DNA from: Octopus vulgaris
Taxonomy: Eukaryota
Length of the DNA: 64,000 bases
NCBI GenBank assembly: GCA_951406725.2
Contig: OX597832.1
Coordinates: 13,826,001-13,890,000, forward strand
Reading direction: 5' to 3'
Below the pieces are notes generated by a model, which saw nothing but the letters and a program-made list of their open reading frames with translations, was not told the origin of the DNA and searched no databases. A program made the translations under genes and the position numbers. Positions 27,053 to 40,438 of the stretch are shown piece by piece; the first letter of the stretch is position 1, and each line of letters begins with the position of its first letter.

Positions 27053-27439
27053 ATATATATCTAATATATCTATATATATTTATATATGAAGGAAAACTGT
27101 ATAATTGTGAATAAATCACTATTATAATGTAGAGGGTTGCTAAAATCCTTACATGTCTAGAAATAGCAGTCAAAATCGCTATATTACACGTCTAGAAAGA
27201 GGAATCAAAACCACGATAACCATTCATATTATATATCTTCCAAATAAAAGCAATCGACGGGCGATATACAATTCAAAATCTCAATAAAATTAACAGGTTA
27301 GCATTCTATTGTAATCTCCAAGATAGGAACAAAAAAAAAAGAATCCACTATTTTCGTCATGAGAACATTCCTGTAGATAGAAATTAACCTCGAAATCATA
27401 CTTTGTGTCATACAATCTGTCCCGACCAGCGGTTATTAT

Positions 27440-28345
27440 GTATCAACCTCAATCTACATTTTTTAACCATTGGTTTCGTGATTGTTATTTAAATCTTCGC
27501 ATGTTTTACAAGATTTTCTAGCGATTTGTGTTGCATTTTTGCGCTTGATGAATTTATTTGTTTTCAAAATGTTTTTCATTATTTGGTTTCTAGTCATCAT
27601 AGGGCGATTTTTTAATGCTACAGGATCCTAGGATTGTGAGAATATATATATATACAGTAGTGTATTGTGATGAAGTGAGGTGTTACATTTTGTTGCCCTT
27701 TGTATCTTAATGGTTAATTTCGTAATACGCTTAATTTCATCGTCAACAAGTAAGGGTGGATATTGTCTTTCAGATGGTGTTGTTCTGAGTTCCTGAAGGC
27801 GAAGATCTCTGATATTTCTATCAATCACTATTTTGAAAATCAATTTTGATAAATTGAAGGGGATATTTCTTTTGATATGTTTCGCGTAGCATGAGCTATA
27901 CAGTAGACAATGAGCCTAGTCTGTTGCTATATGAGAGATGTGACTTACCATTTGGTTTTTGATTTTTTTTATCCTAATACCGGAGAAAAGCAGCTGTGTT
28001 CTGGTATATTACATTGTGAATTGAATTATTAGTATTGAGTTAAAATTCCAAAAGTTTATCAGTGATCTCATTCCTAAGGATAAACCAGTCATCAAGATAA
28101 CTTTCCCAGTTCTTTCTCATACAATGGTGAAATGGACATCCATATGTTTTCAGGGCCACTTCATATATGGTAAATTCAAAATAATCCACTATTAGGTTCG
28201 CACGAACAGGGGTTGCATTCTTTCCCATCGCAATTCCACATTACTGAAGATCGCAGGCGTCATCAAATTGGAAATCATTTTCCTGAAGCATAAATTATAA
28301 AGTATAGATAATGAGTTCTGAAACTACTTCGGGGTACTTTTCGAA
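27440..28345 (-). mobile_element. Penelope-like element, RT region (degenerate)
   Basis: GIAMGKNATPVRANLIVDYFE, YLDDWFIL, RDLRLQELRT...RQYPPLLVDDEIKR. Confidence 0.75.
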
Positions 28346-28349
28346 TAAA

Positions 28350-29350
28350 CCGTAGCACCACGCATCATCACAATACATTACTGTGTATATCAACTCACCG
28401 CCCTAAAATCAATGAGGCATACAACAAAACAGTATAAAATCTACCTATGGTCACTAGAAATCCAATAACGAACAACATACTGAAAACATAAATTCATCAA
28501 ATGCAAAATGCAACACAAAACACTAAAATGTCTTTTAACAAATACGACGTTTTGCACAACAACCAAGAAACCAACGCTTCAAAATGTGGACGTCCAAACT
28601 GTGGAACATGCTCCTACCTACTTGAAGGCCCGCAATTGCTATTCAAACAACGAGAAAGGTTCATAATTAAAACCAGCTTCACGTGTGTTTCCAGCAATGT
28701 AATTTATGTTATAACATGCTTAGGTTGTGGACATAACTATATAGGACATATATAACTATATATTACGTAAAAAAACAGATCTGTTTATGGCAATAGATAC
28801 AGATTCCATTGAGTGATCACATAGTGAGATATGCCGGTAATATCCAACAAAACGTCACCGTCTTCCCCAATTGCCAGTGCAAAAAATGAATATGTATACA
28901 AGAACGTTTAAATGAAGGAAATTTGTTCATCAAAAAGTACAGAATACAACAGAATAGGAACGCATAACCAACGTTCATCTCACTATATATTTTAATTAAT
29001 GATCACGTACCTATCACTTTAAATATTTCTTTTCACTACTTATGCTTTTGAATTTTTGTCTATATTTATCTCCTCCCTGAGAAAGGAAATATTACCTCCC
29101 CTGTCCTCAATATTAACGATCACCAAATACCTACCTTAGATTTTTCTCGTTGAATCATTCATTCATAAAATTCTTCACATAGTACATACACTAAAATCTT
29201 CTTCAGAATATACGATACTACAATAATTTCAATGTCATGAGTAGCGAAAGCGAAACCGGTCGACAAAAAGAATATAAAAATATTAAAGTGATATATCAAT
29301 ACTATGTAAAAGTGTGTAAAGTGTGTATTTTCCATATTTTATGCTTTATG
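28350..29350 (+). mobile_element. Penelope-like element, GIY-YIG endonuclease region and 3' tail
   Basis: KCGRPNCGTCSYL...FTCVSSNVIYVITCLGCGHNYIG, the PLE GIY-YIG signature; hammerhead in the tail. Confidence 0.85.
29233..29265 (+). ncRNA. Minimal type I hammerhead ribozyme, A3-U8 core variant
   Basis: TGTC-ATGAGTA-GC(GAAA)GC-GAA-ACCGGT-C-GACA; located 3' of a Penelope GIY-YIG region, as expected for PLE hammerheads. Confidence 0.6.
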
Positions 29351-29352
29351 TG

Positions 29353-29429
<77 letters not shown>

Positions 29430-29585
29430 TATGAAGAACAATAAAATGGAGATATTGAAATTAATGAGAATTTATTATCAGCAACACGTCGATCATTATC
29501 TAATACAGCTGTTTCAATTAACCGTAGTGAAATTAAAAATGCATTAAAACAATCTTCATGCGTTAAATCTCTTCACAGAGAGAAA
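29430..29585 (-). mobile_element. Penelope-like tail with decayed hammerhead
   Basis: Minus strand gtgaaga-gatttaacg...cggttaatt-gaa-acagctgt-a, followed by an AT-rich tail. Confidence 0.4.
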
Positions 29586-29656
29586 GAACAAAACAGACCC
29601 TTAGAAACATGATGTGCTAGTTGTTTGAATCATCCCTGCTGTCGCACACGCACACG

Positions 29657-29693
<37 letters not shown>

Positions 29694-30428
29694 TCACACA
29701 CACATATATATATATATGCAATATAAAGCATACGAATTATATCGTATGTTATCACATATGTGTTCGCTATCACAACGAAACTTTTTTATTGATTCAATAA
29801 GCCTTTTTTTATCATTATCATAACATCTTTAATACGAACGGAAACCTAACTTTATGCTATGAACTTCAATATTAATGGCTTTCAATTTATTAGCTTATTA
29901 ATCTTTATATTTCTTACGACAGTTCCAGCTTTTCATTATCTTCACTATCATAATCATTATATCATATTTTATTAATAATCCACAGTATTACACACATTGC
30001 AATAATTTTTGCTGATGGCATTTCCCTTTCTTGAACGGATTGAGATATTTATTTGAAGAGATTCTAACAGCTGCTTCACCACCTGACGTAGTTGATAAAT
30101 GGTAGACGCGATGGTGGCTGAGGTGATAATGATATTGGTGGTTATAATGGCGACGAGCTACACCAGCAAATATGACAGTGATGATGATGATGGCGATGGT
30201 GATAGTGTGGATAATTTTGTATCAATGATGAAAATTTGCATCGATGTGAACGTCGACAGGAAGGAGTTAAAGATTACCATGGTAAGGATATGGTCGTTTG
30301 TGTTGATGATGAAGTGTAGGTAAGATGATAAGAAGAAGGAAGGGGGAAATAGTCGACGATGATGAAGACAAAAATAAGATGGGAATGGTGTTATTGATAA
30401 TGAAAGTAAAGACAATGGTGATAACGCA

Positions 30429-30512
<84 letters not shown>

Positions 30513-30545
30513 TAGATAGATATAGATATATTTCCTCTTTTTTTA

Positions 30546-30922
30546 AGCACTCCGTCAGTTACGACGACGAGGGTTCCGGTTGATCCGAATCAACGAAACA
30601 GCCTGCTCGTGAAATTAACGTGTAAGTGGCTGAGCACTCCACAGACACGTGTACCCTTAACGTAGTTCTCGGGGATATTCAGCGTGACACTTAGAGTGAC
30701 AAGGCCGGCCCTTTGAAATACAGGTACAACAGAAACAGGAAGTAAGAGTGAGAGAAAGTTGTGGTGAAAGAGTACAGCAGGGATCACCACCACCCCCTGC
30801 CGGAGCCTCGTGGAGCTTTAGGTGTTTTCGCTCAATAAACACTCACTACGCCCGGTCTGGGAATCGAAACCGCGATCCTATGACCGCGAGTCCGCTGCCC
30901 TAACCACTGGGGCATTGCGCCT

Positions 30923-30925
<3 letters not shown>
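30546..30925 (-). mobile_element. tRNA-derived SINE family C, long form
   Basis: Same head as 26984 and 32040; long body ending ...ccctcgtcgtcgtaactgacggagtgc; near-identical to 59180-59554. Confidence 0.9.
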
Positions 30926-30973
<48 letters not shown>

Positions 30974-32039
30974 GGTAGATAAATAAATAGATCAATATGC
31001 ATATTGATATACATACATATACATACATAGAAACACACATACACACACACATATATGCATGTACACAAGTTTGTTGCTGATGATTTTGCATACTGCGGTG
31101 TTGTTCGTGGTGTTAAGGATTTTGATGGTGATGGCGGCAATTGATGATGGTGATGGTGGTCTCGATGATAATGAGGATTGAGATGATGCTTATGGTGATA
31201 TTGCTTATGACGGTGGTGACGAGGACGAGACCAAGAAACAATAATGTTGAGTTGTTTGATAATGATGACCATCATGAGATAGATAATGCCGAGAATGCTG
31301 TCGCCATTGATGATGATGATGATGATGATCTCCATTACCATTTTGATTACAATAATGATTACGACTTCAGTGACAAAGGCCACAATGATCATGAAGACAA
31401 GCTAGGAAGATTATAGGAATTATCAAATGAAACAACGGAATGAAGAAACGTCTTTTTGAGATAAAAATAATATATTTATATATATTTATGTTTCTATATT
31501 AATTTCTCTCCCTCTCTCTCTCAGCATATGTATATAAAGTAGGTCCCCGACTCCTTATCAATATTCGAGCAGTGAGTCTAACTCAATGTTGTGCCTTTAA
31601 GGATAAACGCACGAAATTGCGTTAGAGACGCTGGTCGTGGTGTGGTGAGAACCTACGGTGTCTGGTTTCTGTTCGTCTGTGCATTCATTATATGTTTTTT
31701 ACTTGCCATTCGGTGACTATTTTTGTATGTGTATTTACTATATAAGTTTTAATTCATTAATTAACGCAACGCATTCTTGGTTTTATTCACAGTAAGTAAA
31801 TTTACACACACACAAACACACGCACGCACGCACGCTCACATACACGCACAGAGACACACATAGGTATGTAAGTACAAGAACATATACGCATCGCACACTC
31901 ACCATTGAAAAATGCTGGCTGTGGGGATAGTGACAAGAGAAGAGATAATAAATTTGCTAACATGAAATGGTGTAGAATAAATAGTGAACAAGCAATAATA
32001 AAAAAAAAGAAAATGAAAAAAATAACACTGGCGCAATGT

Positions 32040-32270
32040 AGAGGCGCAATGGCCTAGTGGTTAGGGCAGCGGACTCGCGGTCGCAGGATCGCGGTTTCGA
32101 TTCTCAGACCGGGCGTTGTGTGTGTTTATTGAGCGAAAACACCTAAAAAAAGCTCTACGAGGCTCCGGCAGGGGGTGGTGATCCCTGCTGTACTCTTTCA
32201 CCACAATGGCGGTGCCCCAGCATGGCCACAGCTCAAGAGCTGAAACTGGAAAAACAAAACAAAACAAAAC
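32040..32270 (+). mobile_element. tRNA-derived SINE family C, short form with CR1-type tail
   Basis: Head as above; 32205-32235 is identical to the 3' UTR of the CR1 LINE; (CAAAA)n tail. Confidence 0.88.
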
Positions 32271-32652
32271 TGGTTCCTGTTTTAGATCGTTATTTTGGTA
32301 GATTACCAAATATATTCCGAGCCATGAGCGCATCTTAACTAATCTTAATATTTAATGAGACATAATTACTTCTAAAATACAAACATATTAACAAATTTAT
32401 ATAAATAACACCAGACAGTTTTGCATAATTCAGAAATCTGATAAAGGTCCAAAGAAGAAAATATGCGGCAGAATGGAAGATGTCAGTAGGGAAGTACTTT
32501 TCTTACTTATTCAATTACTCACAGACCAATATACATGTATATGAATATGTATATGCATATTTGTGTGTGTGTCTACGTATGTATATGTATGTATATCTAT
32601 ATGCATATCGATATATTTATCTATCTAGCTATCTATATATGTATAAATAAAT

Positions 32653-32740
<88 letters not shown>

Positions 32741-32828
32741 TACAGATAGAGAGATTGATATGTATATAAATATATAAATTTAGAAAAAAACACATGACAA
32801 AGACAGGTGAATGAACACCAAGCATGTG

Positions 32829-32884
<56 letters not shown>

Positions 32885-32993
32885 ACAGAGGGAAACAGAG
32901 AGAGAGGGAGAGAAAGAGAAAACGAGACAAAAGCTATAAAGATAAATAGATAGATAGACGGATCGACATGATTGATAAATTGCGTGTTAGATA

Positions 32994-33076
<83 letters not shown>

Positions 33077-35239
33077 CATGTATGTATGTAATAATTCCTG
33101 TAGTGTCGTTTTGCTATATTCATGTATCAAAATATTTTATCAACTGCTATTTTGTTTCAAGTGCAATTATGGTTAAATATTTCCCTCCTTAAATATATGT
33201 ATATACATATATGGGTGTGTGTATATATGTATGTATGAATATATGTAAGTATTTATGTGTTTATGTGTGTACCTATTTGCCTACTTTCGTCTGGGAACGT
33301 GAAAAACTGAAGCGCCATCTTAATTTGTGTTTCAGAACTTGATTATCTTAGCGTTGTATAAATAGGTCTGCTTCAATAACTAGTTAAATGCTGCTTTAAT
33401 AACTAAGTTAAAAGCTGCTTAGATTTTGCTTGCGTGTAGATTGCCACGTAATTTCTATCTCCATGCATAAGCTAAGAAACCTATTGAAAACTAAAGAAAA
33501 GATCAAATATGCCACTTGCTTTAGGCAGTAGATTACTTGTAAGGTATGATAGGATTAATGGAACATCGTAGTACTTATTACCATGCTCATTTGGGCATCA
33601 TATATACTGCTTGGCTGTATCTTTAAAAACAAGATCTTTCTATTTAACTTCCTAATATATTAATGTGAGCTCATATACGAAACGTAGGATTGTTAATATT
33701 GTTAATAAGGTAGTTTCACAAAGAAAGATATATCAATAATCAACGACAGAATATTTCAATCAGCGTTAAAGCCAGTATAACAATGGTAATAGGGTGTATG
33801 ATGTGGAATTCACAAAATTAATCAAACAGATTCTAACCTCGCTGGACTCTCTTTATGTGAATTACACATCACTAGCCAAGAGGAGAAAGTTTGTTTCTAG
33901 AGTCAGGTGTCAGTGGCTCGATGCAAGAATGATAACGAAGAGTGAACACTTTTCATTGTCTGAAAAAGAGGGATTTAAATTTATCTACAAGGAGACACAC
34001 ATAACTGTAGTTCATGTTGAAAACGTTATGTAAGCATGGGTATCATATAGCATGGCACAAAGAAGGTTAAAGTATCCCCCTAAAGATATATAAACCGGAA
34101 AAGTGAAGGAAAGATGGAAGCTTCAATTATCTGATATCTGAAGATGACAAAGAAGCATAACTATGAGACGTGAATTGAGTGTCAGCGATTTATCAAGGAA
34201 CAATAATGCCAAAGTGTGTATAAGTAAATGGAAAAAAGAGAATTATGTTGCAAAATGCTTCAAGATTTGGAATTTTGAAATATAACATATAGCATTAGTG
34301 AATAGTGAATCTATATTACATAGTTAATATAGAGAAATAACCAAATTCAGCTGAGAGTGAGTTTACCTTTCATTCTTACAGCGGCGATGAAATATGTATC
34401 AATTAATCACTGGAGTCGAATGAAGGCTTTGTCTTCTAAGAAACTCTGGCTATAAACTAACGAAGAGCAGTGAAGGTTTTCCAAACATGAATATGGAATA
34501 TGTTTGTGCAGGATTGGAAATATAAAATCTAAAGAGAATAAGCGACAGGGAGAAAAACAAGGAGAACTTAAGGAAAAATAGTTCTATGAACTGATTTCGT
34601 CCTCTGAACTTGCTGGTCTTGTGCAAAAATTTGAAAACGGTATACAGAAATTAAGGTTTGAATGATATAGACAAAGTTTCAGTTTCAGAAGATATGTAAG
34701 ACGAGTCTTGTCATCCGATGGTGAACTACACCTATGAACATTTGCTAATGATATCCATACTGCAGAATTCCAGTTCAACGCTGCATTATTGTTTCCAAAA
34801 CTACTTTAATTTATTTTAAATGAATGAAATATCAACGATGGACTATTGAATTAGAATGCAAATTATAGCATACGCGCCACAAGAACAAAATTAGGTATAT
34901 CACAAACATCACCCTGAATCGAATGCAGTTTCTATCTACGAGTTGTTGTTTCCTGCTTCATATTTATTCTTTGCTAAAATATAGACTCTGTGTAACGGAA
35001 GTGTGTGGTGCTTATGATAATTTCCGATGATTTGAAGAGACGAAATACAACAGGAAAAAATTCTCGATGATATGAAGGAATCAAGCGTATCACAAAAGTC
35101 ATCAATTTAATGACCGTTTTGCGAGGTTTACCGGTAGAATATATGAAATAAAGATTTCTCGGAAAACAGAAGTTCATGAATGAAATATCTGATGTATTCC
35201 AGAGTCCAAGACATTTAGCGATTGATCTCTGTCTACGTT

Positions 35240-35299
<60 letters not shown>

Positions 35300-35300
<1 letters not shown>

Positions 35301-36584
35301 GAGGGGCGTTCAATAAGTAATGCCTCTGACCCACTTTCAGTTGTTTGATCTAGCTGAAATTTTGCATGTGCAATTATCCATATCTCTATAGATTAAGTGG
35401 TAAATTACAGCTCTGAACTAATTGTGGTTTCTGATTTACAGGTGTTTGAACTGAGTCAAGTGTGAAATGAAGCATGTTGAGTGTCGGGCAGTGATCTGCT
35501 TTTTATATTTGAAAGGACGCACACCACGGGAGACTTTTGATGAAATGAAAGTAACTTATGGTGATGATGCCTCATCATATGACCTTGTAAAACGCTGGCA
35601 TTGTGAATTCAAACATGGTCGGAACTCTGTGGAAACAGCTCCCAGATCTGGACGCCCCCTTCTGCTATTGATGAGGCATCTTTCCATCAAGTTGAGGCTG
35701 CCATTTTGGAAGCTCGACGCATAACTATTCGCCAAATAGCCCATGAGGTCAAGATTAGTACCGGGTCTGTAGAAACCAATCATTCATGACCATTTGCATA
35801 TGCAAAAGGTGTCTGCCATTTGGATTTCCAGGTTGCTCACACCGTTCCGGAATGCGTCGAGTTCTCGAGGATGAATTTGGAGATTTGCCAAGAAGATGAG
35901 TCAACATTTTTCAAAAGACTGTTTACACAGTATGAGACCTGGGTCAATCACTATGATCCAGAGACAAAAGCCCAGTCAATGCAGTGGAAGCACCGTGACT
36001 CACCTCCTCCAAAGAAGGCAAGGGTGCAGCCCTCCACTAGCAAGGTCATGCTCATAGTCTTCTGGGACCAAGACGGAGTAGTAATGACAGATTTCCTGGC
36101 AAAGGGTACCACAATTACAGGAGCCTATTATGCTTCACTTTTGATGAAATTAAGAGAAGCTATCAAAATCAAGAGGCGGGGCAAGATCAGCAAAGGCATC
36201 CTCCTCCTGCAGGACAACGCTCCGGTCCACAACTCGATGGTCGCCAGGTCAGAAGCACAGGCGTGCGGCTATGAACTCCTCCCCCATGCCCCTACTCTCT
36301 TGACCTTGCACCCTCTGATTTTCACCTCTTCACAGCCATGAAGTTGTTTTTGAAAGGAAAGCGTTTCCCAGATGATGCAGCCTTGATTTCTGACGTCACT
36401 TCGTGGTTGGATGACCAAGCTGGGGTCTTCTACAAAAACGGTCTCCAGAGCTGCATCAAACAATCGTAGAAATGCGTAACTATGGGTGATTCCTATGTAG
36501 AACAAGACTAATAACTGTGCCAAGTGTCGTTGCTCTACTGCTATGGGAAGTGGGTCAGGGGCATTACTTATTGAACGCCCCTCG
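35300..36584 (+). mobile_element. Full-length mariner transposon (1285 bp, irritans-like TIR), inactive
   Basis: 37-bp TIRs cgaggggcgttcaataagtaatgcc(t/c)ctgacccactt with 1 mismatch; TA target duplication. Confidence 0.95.
35467..36511 (+). pseudogene. Mariner DD34D transposase pseudogene
   Basis: MKHVECRAVICFLYLKG...VKRWHCEFKHGR...; TQYETW (first catalytic D changed to Y), VFWD, QDNAPVH, LAPSDFHLF; several frameshifts. Confidence 0.9.
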
Positions 36585-37072
36585 TATGTCTATCATATTA
36601 AATAAAGCCCTAACTTTAGAGTATTCAAGATTTTGTCAAAATCCACCGTTGTCAATGCAATAGTGTTCCCATTAATACAGCGTTTAGAATTCTTCATTTG
36701 GCGGCCATTTAGTTCATTTCAGATACTACATATATTTCACTGAAGAGATATTAATTCTTTTGAAACACAAACTTAAAGTAATTGTCAAACGACTACGATT
36801 ACTGAAGCAGTAATTAATATAAACGAATATTTTCTGTATTTATTTTCAATATTAGTAATTGAAATGTAATATAAATATTTGATGTTGTATAGTTTAATAA
36901 TATATACGTTTCGTCTTTAATGTTGAGACGTATGAAGGACGATATAAGCGAAAGAAAAACAAGCTGAGGCGAATATGAACGAAACAAATAATTTATAACA
37001 AAAGAAACGAAAGTGATAATACAATGGATTGCGTACAGAATTTTGAAACAAAGTTCTAAAGAACTACTATTA

Positions 37073-37115
<43 letters not shown>

Positions 37116-37164
37116 TTACATATCAACATATAAACAGCAATATATATATATATATATATATACG

Positions 37165-37241
<77 letters not shown>

Positions 37242-37894
37242 GAATTTACACATAAATGTATATACAGACGTTTATTTACATATGTGTGTATTAATATGCG
37301 TAGGTAGGCATTGTATGTAGGTATACACACAAACGCATCAATCAAAGTTCAGTATATAAAATATTTACATATATAGGAATTTTTTTTTTCCCCCTGAATT
37401 TAGCTAGATACATGACTAGACGTACATACGTACAATCTGATATATATATATAGATGCAAATATACAACATCTAACTTAATCTCGCTACAGGTGCATCCAT
37501 TTCGACTAGCTCAGTTATTCAAACTCTCATTTTCACGAGTTATGTAACCTGCACAGTCTTTTCATAATTTTTATATTTATATATTTATATAAGTTTTGCT
37601 TCCATATTAATGCTTTATTGGAAGTTATTCTTCTCCATTTTTAGTTGTTTTCACTTCTCTCTCTCACTGCAATCACACCGTCGTTGTATTTTTCCTTAAG
37701 TTCTCCTTATCTGATTGTTTCCCTCTCTGTCGCTTATTCTCTTTAGATTTTATATTTCCAATCCTGCACAAACATCTTCCATCTGTCCTTCTACTTATTC
37801 CGCAGCTCTTAAGTATTTTCGCACAAGTGATATACTGGAAATTTTACTTTACCGCTTGATTCTCCGTTCACTTATCTTTTGTCTTTTACCGATT

Positions 37895-38152
37895 TCACTC
37901 ATCAGACGCCGGTCATGCTGGAGCACCGCCTTGATGTTTTTAGCCGAATGAATAGATTGCAGGACTTATATTTGTGCCTGAAACCTATTGTATCGTTCTC
38001 TCATGCCGAGATGCTAAGTAACGAGGACGTAAACACACCGACACCGTTGTCGAAGAGGTGATGGAGGACAAATGCAGGCACACAGACACATACATATATA
38101 CGTACATACATACACACACACATATATAAACGACAGGCTGCTTTCCGTCTAA
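37895..38152 (-). mobile_element. SINE family A body and CR1-type tail (diverged)
   Basis: catgctggagcaccgcc...gctaagtaacgaggacgtaaacac...cgacaggct, homologous to 49160-49340 and 51630. Confidence 0.7.
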
Positions 38153-38219
38153 GAAACCCCCTGTGTCTGTCTGTCTGTATGCCTGTTTGTCTGTCTGTCT
38201 GTCTCTAACTCTCTCTCTC

Positions 38220-38276
<57 letters not shown>

Positions 38277-38357
38277 ACACGCATGCTTACATACATACAC
38301 ACAGACATGTATACATAATACAAACATACAGACATACATAAATACATGTATGTTAAC

Positions 38358-38920
38358 ATAAATCTAAAGATTCCCAAAAAGAAAAACTGAGGGATGTACA
38401 GCTACTCTATCCAGAATACAAGTTCAGATGTATACCTATAATTATTGTGGCACCGGGGTATGTAACATATTGCCTAAATGACAATATTGAGAAATGAAGC
38501 TTCTGAAAACCAGAAAGGAGAGAGCTGATGCGAAGGCTACATATGTAAGTCATTAATGGAACTGTAAAAATCTGTAAATGTGTATCATTGAAGTATATAT
38601 GTGAATGTCTAAATATGCTACCATATGCATGAGAATACATATATACGACAAAACATACAAAACTGCTCACATACATACTGAGATATGAAAATACCCTGTT
38701 GGTGTTGAAATTCCAACGAAGAAGCCATGGATCTAGGTAACAAACATGCTCCTCTATTGGCAAAGAATCTTGAAATAAAACCAAATAATGACGTACATAC
38801 ATACATGCATACAAAACCCTGTTATTGATGCTGAAATTCCAATGAAGAGGCCTAGCGTCTAGGTTAGAAACCGGCTCTTTGTTGGCAAGAAATCTTGATA
38901 TCAAACGGAACAATGACATT
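38358..38920 (+). mobile_element. 3' end of a restriction-like-endonuclease (R4/R2-group) LINE with duplicated 3' UTR
   Basis: QLLYPEYKFRCIPIIIVAPGYV...LMRRLHM*VINGTVKICK (resembles PIIIGALG and GT.KI motifs); 3' UTR present twice (38689-38805, 38813-38918). Confidence 0.6.
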
Positions 38921-39111
38921 ATCTATGTATAAATATATGCAACCACATGTGTTTGTATATGCATTTGTGGATTTATGGTAAAGCCTTTTCTCTATATGTA
39001 CTTAAGCTCTTACACATTCATGTTTGGAAAACCTTCACAGCTCTTCGTTAGTTTATAGCCAGAATTTCTTAGAAGACAAAGCCTTCATATAAAACAAATG
39101 TGAAATAATCA

Positions 39112-39170
39112 CCGTGTTACGACGTTTCTGGTTCATTATACTTCATCAGCTACCGACACCTAACGTGTCA
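39112..39170 (-). other. Decayed minimal hammerhead (Penelope-type)
   Basis: Minus strand ggtag-CTGATGA-agtataatgaacca-GAAACGTC-gtaac; stems are partly broken. Confidence 0.35.
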
Positions 39171-39559
39171 TTCATAGCCCACAATAGCTTGATGTACCAA
39201 ATAAATGTGATGTCTTATGCGAGCATTCGCCAAAGTGGAAGTAATTAATTAGATATGCAGCCAACAGGGATAATTAAGATAACGCTGCTTAAGTATAATT
39301 AAGATAACGATTTCAAGAAGGATGATTAAGATAAAGCGGTTTAGAATCAACCCGTTCATGTACGTTCAGAAACAGAAATGTTATGCATTCCATTCTCATT
39401 ATGAATTTACTAAGGTAAATTGTTCGGTTGTTGTACAATCTCTGATGATTTCACGCTGTGTTCTCAGTACGAGTTTAAGCATTTTTATGATATATTTCTT
39501 CTAATAAAGGAGCATTGTAGTCATTTATAAACTTATCTTCATACATGTGTCTCTCTTTA

Positions 39560-39626
<67 letters not shown>

Positions 39627-40267
39627 GCACACACAAACACGAGCGCGCACACACACACACGCACAGACATGCAATATATTATGTCGTGTTCATAAGAAAA
39701 ACTGAAAGATAATATTTGAAATGTTAAACCTCAAAAATATATCTGCCGTCCAGTAAACTGCATAAAGGCTTTACCAAGTTGTATAAATATAGCGATCTAC
39801 CTCTTCAGCGTTTTCAGCAGAAAACACAAGGAAATATATCGTTAGTTTTGTTCAGATATTCGACCGCTTATGTAAATAATCTAGAACATCAGTGGTGTTG
39901 CTGCACACTGACAGAAAGTTAAGAAGGCAAATTATTTGAATAGAATTTAGGAAATTATCTCCGTTAAGTAGATTTTATTCTTTGTAGTATATCAACATAA
40001 TCCATCCTGATAACACTCACAGATTGCCACTGGGTGCATAATGCTTACAAGCAAACATAATATATAATGAGAGGCGCTGATTTAAGGTTTTGATGCGTAA
40101 TAATACCAAATATTATAACACTATTAACCCTGTAACGTCTAAGCCTAACAATTACATGTCCAAACCTAGACATAAACATTTTTACCTTCATCTGTTTGAC
40201 GATAAGATGAGCTACATATTTAATGTTCAGTATTGGGATACCTTATACCGATTTATTTATTACATAG

Positions 40268-40438
40268 GTATTAAGTCGATTACATCGGCCCCAGTGTGTA
40301 ACCTGTACTTAATTTATCGACCCCGAAAGGATGAAAGGCAAAGCGACTTCGGCGGAATTTGAACTCAGAACGTAACGGCAGACGAAATAGGGTACGCATT
40401 TCGCCCGGCGTGCTAACGTTTCTGCCGGCTCACCGCCT
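40268..40438 (-). mobile_element. SINE family B
   Basis: Reverse complement of the 55982-56213 copy. Confidence 0.85.

Noticed and set aside
31528-31806. Possible solo LTR (TG...CA)
   Set aside because: No TSD, second copy or internal sequence to support it.
32040-32115. tRNA-like sequence (also at 26984, 30925, 48920, 59554)
   Set aside because: A and B boxes are present but continue into SINE bodies in multiple copies; these are SINE heads, not tRNA genes.
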